Below, piece by piece: positions 33,488 to 41,052 of a stretch of 41,052 nucleotides of DNA. How positions within the stretch are numbered: position 1 is the first letter of the stretch; each line of letters begins with the position of its first letter. A program made the translations under genes and the position numbers. The notes under the pieces were generated by a model, which saw nothing but the letters and a program-made list of their open reading frames with translations, was not told the origin of the DNA and did no database searches. This DNA is from Dirinaria sp. TL-2023a (lineage: Eukaryota), in assembly GCA_051941275.1 (NCBI GenBank), contig JAVEBF010000043.1, positions 1 to 41,052 on the forward strand, written 5' to 3'.

Positions 33488-35194
33488 TCAGCCCTCTGCA
33501 TGTGCACCATTTGCCTGCAGTTCAATGTCTTGCTCTCTTCCTGATCGCCATCCAAAGCCCCATCTCATCTCTGCCAGTATCATTGGTGCCGTGAGCAGGC
33601 ACAATCCTGCGAATATCGTGAATGTCCACCCCGGCCCGACATGATTAATCATCGCCTGCAGCGCTGCAAGCCCGGAAGCCGACAACGCGCAACGAACAAC
33701 GTTTGATGATGCTTGTGCAAGGGCCGGATTGCGGGGGTTCAGGTCTGTTAACAACGTGCCGCACATGTTAAATAGACAAGTGATCGAGGCACCAATAACG
33801 AATTGTAAAACGAGAGGAACGGCAACGTTCTTGTTCGATGCGTGAGTGAAGAGTATACAAAGGTGTACGAAAAGCAAGCATACCGCTTTCGAGGCAAGAG
33901 TCCAGCCGTATCCGGTGACGCACACAACAGTAGAAGCAAGCAAATACCAGCTACTCCGGAAACGTGCTCGCTCGATGTGGAATTTCGTGAGATCATCGCC
34001 TTTGACTCGATCGATCGGGAAATTGTATGACTTTGCCGTAGTGCGATAGTCTCGATCCATGATCTTGCCTTTTGCAAGATCAACAGCAGGCTCTGCGGGT
34101 ATGAGGGAAATTATCAACCTGATACAAAAGAAGCAAGTGCACAGCCGCAACCAAAAGGGAGGTATATGAGGCCTGCCTGCATTTCCTTGAAATGATATAT
34201 CTCGATGAACAATTGAGCTAGAGATGCCTGGACACAACAGTAAGTTGCATAGTAAATCCCATTTATGGTCACAATCAACGCTGTATCCTTGCTTGCAAGA
34301 AGGGTTAAGCATTTAAGAGGATTGGGAAGGCGTAGCGGCTTAGTCTGAGATGGATTGCATCCCCTCTCAGTCGAATCCTTTTTGCGGACCCAGGTGGAAC
34401 ATAAGCTCATTCCAACTCTATTTGTGGGCAAACCGCCACTGCCAACGATTGCACGTGCTGTCTCTGGAAGGAACAGAAACAGAACTATCAGGCAAAAGCC
34501 AGACAGTATGGCGAGGAGCCAGAATATCCATGGCCAGCCAGCGTACTCCGCTAAGGCACCGCCTAGTATCGGCCCCAAACTAGGGGCGATGTTCGGTCTG
34601 TGATACGATGTCAATTAGAGATCGCTCGCCAGAGCATATATACCTTACCCACAAAGTACCGCACCAACATAAGAACCTCGTTCAGCCGGGGTTGCTATAT
34701 CCGAGACCACTCCATAAGCGATCGATATCGTGCCTGCACATTGATTAAGCTATTTGAGCCGCAGAAAGCCAGTTCAACGTATTCCAGGACCTACCAGAAC
34801 CTCCAGCGCTTTGCAGCATTCTAAGCACAAGCAGTCCAGGGTATGATCTTAGCAAGGCTAAGCCAATGTTTGCCGAGAAGTAAATAATAAAGGTGGCCAG
34901 GTAGACCGGCCTTCGTCCTACCATATCTGCGAGGTCACCAACTATTGCTGGTGTGACTCCGGAGACAATCATATAGGACGTGATGGTCAAATTGATTAGA
35001 GTTATCGTAACGCCTAGGTCTAATGCTAGAGTGTGAATAGCTGGATAGTATATGAAGCTACTCATAGGCGAGAACATGCCAGCGAAGGCAACGAGTAACA
35101 CAATCCATCTTTTCTGAGCTTTTGTGAACTCTGAGTATTTCGAGCCTTGGCCGCTGTCTTCATGGTGACCTTCATGACTGGCATTATCATGCAT
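33488..35194 (-). CDS. MFS drug:H+ antiporter (DHA1, QDR-like), ~496 aa; exons 35194-34795, 34733-34649, 34597-34119, 34068-33884, 33829-33488
   Basis: YSEFTKAQKRWIV, FSPMSSFIYYPA, INLTITSYMI, motif A GDLADMVGRRPVY, LRMLQSAGGSGT, DIATPAERG, motif C APSLGPILGG...GWPWIFW, LPETAR, FPIERAR-like FHIERAR, ASSNVVRC. Confidence 0.95.
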
Positions 35195-36405
35195 GGTGCT
35201 TCTAACGATGATTTATGCAGAAGCCTCGAAAATGGCACGAATGTAAGCTTCTGGGGACATGTGATAGGAGCCCATGTGTGGAGAAGAAACGAGATTGATA
35301 TAAAGTTGAAGCCGATCTGGTACAAACCCTGCTGAGCAAGAGTCACTCATGTTGATGACCAGTGTTTACGACTTCCTTGTCACACATTGAACCCAAATTA
35401 CGTCAATATCTAAGCGCTCAGCCATTCTACGTTAGGTATGTAGACCGATGGGCAGGGACAGCTCGGCCAAGGCGTCTAAGGCGTCTGCCGACATGTTCGA
35501 CAGGGAGAACTTGCAGAGTTATTTATTGGATCATGGCTTGAAGATCATGCACTTAAATTTCTCTGCATAATCATGGGTCCAAGATCGATCTGCATTTCGG
35601 AGTCGGCGTTATCATGACTTGTCTTTCATTTTCTTGCTAGATGATGCACATCCAGTGAGTTGCAGCAAGCACGCAATGTTCCCTTAAGCGTCCCACTCGG
35701 GATGAATGCGCGACACTCTGCATAAACTGCATCACCTCATAATTGTGGAGCTATGTGGGCGAGTGCAGAAGAGCTGCTCTCTGCATCACTGTCTGGCAGG
35801 AGACTTCCTTCCAGACTAACGGCGAAAAGCATGTGAAGCACTTGTTGATCCGAAGTCTTTTGCTTGAGAGACTAAGAAAAATACCTCCAAGTAGAAATGC
35901 GAAACGAGACTTACGTACCTCTTTGCTTACCTTGCTTTAGATGTATCGAATTTTCTGCAGAGACCCATGGTTGCATTGAATTGTCCTCGCGTACCGGATA
36001 CGGTTGTGTGAACTTGCGCCGAGCTCACTGAGTATGTCTGAAGCTGATCACGCAATAAGGATAGGCTTGTGTAGTCGGTTTAAGGCAGCCTCGACCTCGA
36101 GGTATTTGGAAAGCCAATCATCCATTTGAACACCTTGCACTCAATTCTCAGATCGAAGCTGTTAGCCATGTTCAGATAAGATTCCATCAGGAAGAGACTG
36201 TTCAAGGTGGCGCCGTCTTCCAGATAATGTAATATGATGAGTGTGCAGATGGATGTTCGTATTTGGTGTTCTATCCAGGGTTGTTGTAGGGTTCTTCATC
36301 ATACCACGGAGCCAATACGGCCCTCATCATCTTGAAACTGCTAGATTCCACAATCCAACGCCCTCTAGACCCAATGTCAGACCGCTCTCTGGACTATAGT
36401 AAATT

Positions 36406-37125
36406 ATGAGGGCAATCCGCAATCCCTCTCGGCTTATCCTGATCCTCTCCGCCCTCCTCTCCGTAGCCCTCTGTGCATGTAAGCCGCGCTTACCCATCTC
36501 CCAACAATTTCAACTAACGAATCCATTGCAGCCCCAACGTCCTTCTGCAAATGCACCTGCGGCAGCAACAGTACCATCATCCCTCTCGACGCACCCGTGT
36601 CACCTGCAGGCCATAACCTGCTATTTCTGCGCGAACGCGCAGAAAACAACAGCACGCCGCCTACCGAGGACGGTGAAGAGAAAAATGACAACGACGAGAA
36701 CGAGGATGACGATGAATCGGAAGGGAAGGAGGATAAGGATAAGGAGGGAAAGGAGAAGGAGGAGGATGATAGGAAAGAATACCGGCCCGGCAACTGCAAC
36801 GACTGCAACCGACAATTCTGCCTGAGCTATAACCTGCCCATATGTAAGAACGTGGGCATAGAGGATGTGTTCACGACGTGTTTCCAGCGCGATTCAAGGA
36901 AAGACGAGGTTGTTGTGTTTATTTTCATTTTTGCGACGGCGGGGTTGTTGGGCTGGGCGGCTGTTAAGCCTTGGGTGGGGAAATGGGTCGAGGTTCGTTT
37001 TCGTCTTCTTTCTTCTAAGCAGAATGGGTGAATTGGCTGGATATAAGGAGGCTAACGTTAAGGCGTCGCAGAACGCGAGGGAAAGGCGAAGCTATATACC
37101 TGTTGCAAGCGAAGGAGAGAGTTGA
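36406..37125 (+). CDS. Conserved fungal Cys-rich single-pass membrane protein, ~195 aa; exons 36406-36478, 36532-36992, 37072-37125
   Basis: Signal peptide, then FCKCTCGSNSTIIPLD, an acidic insert, CNDCNRQFCLSYNLPIC...TTCFQRDSRKDEVVVFIFIFATAGLLGWA and tail ERRSYIPV. Both introns have CTAAC branch points. Confidence 0.9.
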
Positions 37126-37463
37126 AACCACATTTTTGGACAATCTCAGGTTCTGAGGTAGGAGAGTAGTGGTGGTTTGGATACGATAGCGGCGGCGTTC
37201 ATCTGTTTGCTTGGTATGTTCAATGGTGTTGTACAAATGTGGCTTAGTGTTGTGTCAAAATGTTCTCCACGTTCGCATCTGCAAGAAGTGCTAAAGACAG
37301 CAATTGGGCTTCATTGCCCAATCTTCCCGGATTGTTTCAGTGTCTATCTTCGCAGTGTACCACTTCCAATCTCTATGCTTCCATGGTCATAGCAACATAT
37401 CGCCCACTTGTTCTCTCCACCATCTCCGGCGCCAGCCCATCATCTGCAGCCATCGTATCTAGG

Positions 37464-37691
37464 CTAAACATTTCCCCTCCCCTCCTTACTGATTTTCTCG
37501 TGCGCCGCGTCCTCCAATGGTCCAGTGGGATTGCTCGGCAGCGCATTGAGCTTGTGGTCGTCACTCACTTCCTTGGCGTGGGTTTCGCTCGGAGCAGCGC
37601 CGATATCGCCACCAGCGGGCGCCTCGACGCCTTGCTTGCCGGATTGCTGTTCCAGCTCGGGGGACTGACGGCCAGCATTAGGAGCAGACAT
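37464..37691 (-). CDS. Small conserved hydrophilic protein (75 aa)
   Basis: MSAPNAGRQSPE.EQQSG.Q...L.SNP.GPLED.A.EK.SK, a pattern I recognise from a widespread small Pezizomycotina family. Good Kozak context (ATCATG). Confidence 0.85.
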   Translation of the reverse strand: MSAPNAGRQSPELEQQSGKQGVEAPAGGDIGAAPSETHAKEVSDDHKLNALPSNPTGPLEDAAHEKISKEGRGNV

Positions 37692-37735
37692 GATTGCTGT
37701 TAGTGTTGTGGATCGGTATTCTCGGTGGAGGTTTC

Positions 37736-37872
37736 CTGTCGTACGTCAACATTCGTGCTTAAAGTAGGGAATAGTTCTTGCGGTTAGAAGGGTAAACATA
37801 TAAAGCTAGGGTTTTCTGCCTGTAAATGGTGGACCTCGATAGAGGAAGATATCGGGATGGCAAACTGCATAC
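37736..37872 (-). other. Probable 5'-UTR intron of the 75-aa protein gene
   Basis: AAG|GTATGC donor at 37872 and TTGAC...ACAG acceptor at 37736, 44 nt upstream of the ATG. Confidence 0.55.
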
Positions 37873-38007
37873 CTTTGTTGACGATGATCTAAGATAAATA
37901 TGGGTAGCCGGTCAGTTGCAGTTGTTGGTTTTGAATATTTTGGAGGGAGATGGAGGGGTAAAATCTAGTTGAATAATTATCACTCATTCAGAACCCCACT
38001 ACGCGCT

Positions 38008-38015
38008 TGACGTCA
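38008..38015. promoter_or_regulatory. CRE / Atf1-type bZIP site TGACGTCA
   Basis: Perfect palindrome upstream of the 75-aa protein gene; an AGGGG (STRE) also occurs at 37954-37958. Confidence 0.45.
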
Positions 38016-38475
38016 CTCTGTCCACTGTCTTCATCCGCGCCAACGGTCCGCGGCCCTCATAGCCGTGTTGATGACTGAAAGGAGGTAAGAGGAGATAAGC
38101 TATTATTGTTCGCACAGAGAGAGGAGGGTTGCATTGCGAACCCATTCGCTCACTACTTGAGTAGATGCTTCATTAAGGGCTATGATTCGCCATTCTGCCC
38201 ATTACCCGTATGTATCAAGCTTAGAATGCTGGACATACTGTACGTATCCTGTCCAAGTGGAATCCTCTGCTGCTGGGGGATCTTGTACTACATGCAGCAG
38301 AGGTGTTCAATTTGAATATACAGACTTTTTATCGGCCCTTTCTACTTGGTCCGACTCATTCTGCAATTGAAGCCACTTGTGCTTGTAGGGTAATCTTTGA
38401 CATCGTCGCCTACCCCGTCCAGTACAGGGTTCCTCTGGATTTTTGCATTTAAAACCATGCAGCGCTCTGGAGACA

Positions 38476-39756
38476 TCAAATGCGCAGTCTCACACCATGA
38501 CCGGTGATAGGCAGGTCTCTCTTCCTCAGCTCCTCCTCAATAACCTTCCACCTACCCACCTCCTTCTCTTTGTCAATTGGCGTCCACCTCCTCTCCCTCA
38601 ACTTCACGTTTGGCAAATTCGACAGCTCTCCATTGGCCGTTAGTCGCTCTGCAAGCTTTTTCGGCTTTGGTTTCCTGACTAATTGACCGACCAATGCTTT
38701 GGCGGAATTGATGTCTTGGATGGCAGGATCGGGGATGCGGTGGCCTGTAAGTTGCATGACGCGTTTCAATATCTAAGAAGATTAGTGAGCTACACTTTTG
38801 TTCCTAGGGCAATAGAAAATGTACCGCGAATTTGACAGCTGGGTCGGGGAAGCTGGTTTTAATCCAATTTTCAACGGGAACAGGCTGTCTCGTCATACTT
38901 TCGTTTCCCGGTTGCTCGTCAGGCTCAAAGAAATCATCATCTCTTTCGTCCAGCTGACCGGCTTGCTTCACGTCTTCTGAATTTGTGACGCTCTTGTCTT
39001 GCAGGTTTTGCTCTGTAGTTACTTCCGTCTCTGGACCCCTGCTTCCCTCCTCTTTAGCTTCTTCTACCCCTTCCTCCCTGCTTTCTTCCTCTTCTGGCAG
39101 GTCGGTCGTGAGCGCAGTGATCACCGTTTCCCTCGATGCCTCGTCCGGGTATTCCACCTGAACGCTTCCATCCTTTTCTTGGCGCAGTATGGCTTGATGC
39201 GCTGCTTCAAGGTCTCTATCGTCACCCAACTGGCTTTGTATGATAAAAGGCAGCCCAGCCTGTCTAAGAGTGAAGACCTCGGTCAATGCACGATATGTAG
39301 CTGTTAAGATGTCATCCTTTGATTGGAGTTTGGTAGGCAGCATGAATCTAGGGACGACCAGGTGAGCTTTGGCGTCTCGCGTAGTCAAGATGCGGCCACA
39401 AACCCTTCTTCCCAACGGTGCCCCTTCTCGAACTCCTCAAGACTTGGTCTCCCTCCAACACGCTGCAAACCATCCCATGTCGTAGCTGGCGTATAACCCT
39501 CGTCCTCAGGTTCGGTCTCCACCGCCGGTTGCTCTTTTTGCTCCGCTTGTTTACCACCCCATAGCTTTTTCCTCCACCTCTGGACGGTGGATTCAGATGC
39601 ATATCCCCTAGTCTTAGTCAAGCTGTATGAAGGTATAAGACCTTCGCGTGCGATAACCGCTCGGTACTGACATCTCAGGCAGACCGCCCGTCTTCTCGTG
39701 GCAAGTTGTGCTACTAGTCGATGGGGAACCTGCTTTGCAGTGTTTGCTGTAGCCAT
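38476..39756 (-). CDS. mL50: Mitochondrial large ribosomal subunit protein mL50 (yeast MRPL13 family), ~390 aa; exons 39756-39404, 39347-38825, 38772-38476
   Basis: Arg-rich targeting peptide (VCLRCQYR...RGYAS), YTPATTWDGLQRVG, RALTEVFTL, KFAILKRVMQLTGHRIPD...PKPKKLAE..LPNVKL..RRWTPIDKEKEVGRWKVIEEELRKRDLP. Confidence 0.9.
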
Positions 39757-40087
39757 TGCCGCTTTCTGGAGGTAGAATGTGAAACAATCAGGAAATCGAC
39801 ATCAATGATTCGAAGCTCAGGAGCTGCAATAATAATGGGAATTTGCGGCGTCACTCCGAAAATACGCTAGTGACGGCGCTAAAGCAGAGCTTCCGAAACG
39901 AGTCTCAGCTTCTTTGAAGGCTTCACCTACTTTTCTCCTGCTCCTCACTCCTCACGGACTTGTAGAAATAATGCGCCTGTCTTCTATTTCATTTGCATTT
40001 GTATTGTACATTCTATTTGTATGGCAGTCCTGTCTCATCATACAAAGTAATATTATCGCATAGGTTTTACGGTCTGTGACCGAACCA

Positions 40088-41052
40088 ATGCTCAAGGACA
40101 CACCCAATCTTTCTGCAACTTCCTCTACTAAGCGCCTACACATCTCACCCCTGAGTCCTGAGCTTTTACCAATTGTCCTTCCATCTACATTGCTACAGAA
40201 CGCAGCATCTGTGTCGTACCATACCCTCCAGACCTTTCCTGAGCGCTCTTACGGCTACGTCACTCTCCCGGTCGTAGACGCCGAGAAAATCACCAAGAAA
40301 TTGAACGGTTCCATACTAAGAGGCTTGAAAATGAAGGTTAGCGAGGCACGGCCCGAGAGAAAGAGAAGGCTGGAGGAGGTCGATGAGGGCGAAGAGGCCA
40401 AAGTCACGAAAAAGAAGGCGAAGAAAGAGCGGAAGGCGAAAAGAGAGGAGGGGGTGCTACCCGGTGTAGAGATCGAGGGGAGGAAAGTGAAGCGAGGATG
40501 GACAGAGCCAGAAGGGGACGCTAAGGCCAAAAAGAGCAGCAGAAAGGATAAGACAAGCAAAGACGGCAAGAAATCCAAGACCAAGGCTTCGAGCTACACC
40601 GCCGAGCCAGAATTGCTTTTCAAGACAAAAATGCCTCCAAATGCTACGTCGATTGAGAACGGTTCGTACACGAAAGGCGTGAAGCGTGCAGAGAAGAGCA
40701 GCAAGAAGAAGAAGGCGGATCGCAAATCAGACGGCGGGACCGTCGTCCACGAATTCGCACACACGACCAAAGCGCCATCCTTCCTGCGTGACAAAGGGCC
40801 TTCTAACGCCACGAATGGTACCTCGGAATACGTAGATGGCAAAGGATGGGTAGACGCCCAGGGCGATATCCTCGAGGGCGAACCTACAAGCACGAAGAGA
40901 ACAAGAGAGAAAGCGCGCAAGAGCGCCAAAGCAGTCGAAGCAAAGGCCCCAGCTCCAGCCCCAGCTATCGAAGTCTCACGACCATCAACGAGCAAAGGTG
41001 ATTCCGCCGCAAACGACGACGACGAGACATCCTCAAGCGGATCCTCCTCCTC
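40088..41052 (+). CDS. Nucleolar-type protein with divergent N-terminal RRM (Nop8/NOL8-like; often labelled SRP40-like), 3' end outside window
   Basis: Open frame from ATG 40088 to the window end, missed by the ORF track. RLHISPL...YHTLQTFPERSYGYVTLP..AEKITKKLNGSILRGLKMKVSEARP, then GVLPGVEI.GRKVKRGWTEP, Lys-rich tracts, ELLFKTKMPPN and YVDGKGWVDAQG. Confidence 0.85.
   Translation, partial: MLKDTPNLSATSSTKRLHISPLSPELLPIVLPSTLLQNAASVSYHTLQTFPERSYGYVTLPVVDAEKITKKLNGSILRGLKMKVSEARPERKRRLEEVDEGEEAKVTKKKAKKERKAKREEGVLPGVEIEGRKVKRGWTEPEGDAKAKKSSRKDKTSKDGKKSKTKASSYTAEPELLFKTKMPPNATSIENGSYTKGVKRAEKSSKKKKADRKSDGGTVVHEFAHTTKAPSFLRDKGPSNATNGTSEYVDGKGWVDAQGDILEGEPTSTKRTREKARKSAKAVEAKAPAPAPAIEVSRPSTSKGDSAANDDDETSSSGSSS

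Noticed and set aside
40255..40995. Hydrophobic minus-strand ORFs
   Set aside because: Antisense shadows of the Lys/Glu-rich plus-strand nucleolar protein.
1..41052. Prokaryotic-type systems (CRISPR arrays, operons, defence islands) and a secondary-metabolite backbone cluster
   Set aside because: The sequence is intron-containing eukaryotic DNA. No repeat-spacer array and no PKS, NRPS or terpene synthase motifs were seen.

Overview
Genomic DNA of a filamentous ascomycete (Pezizomycotina). It has short GT-AG spliceosomal introns with CTRAY-type branch points. One small secreted-protein family suggests a lichen-forming Lecanoromycete, which is inference only. I can support 16 protein-coding genes, several of them reconstructed by hand across introns or missed by the ORF track because they run off the window ends. 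The left ~14 kb is a gene-sparse accessory-like region with four consecutive secreted-protein genes and an F-box-like gene. One of the secreted proteins carries a phosphoribosyltransferase-like motif. The rest holds an alpha/beta hydrolase, a conserved uncharacterised protein, RPL13, a coiled-coil protein, an LRR protein, a PTH11-like receptor / fructosamine-3-kinase / DHA1 MFS trio, two small conserved proteins, mitoribosomal mL50 and the start of an RRM nucleolar protein. A ~240-nt imperfect inverted repeat, whose outer-stem mismatches are all G-U compatible, lies between the PTH11-like and FN3K genes. I recognised no tRNA, rRNA, CRISPR array or intact transposon. All homology calls come from motif recognition, not database searches.
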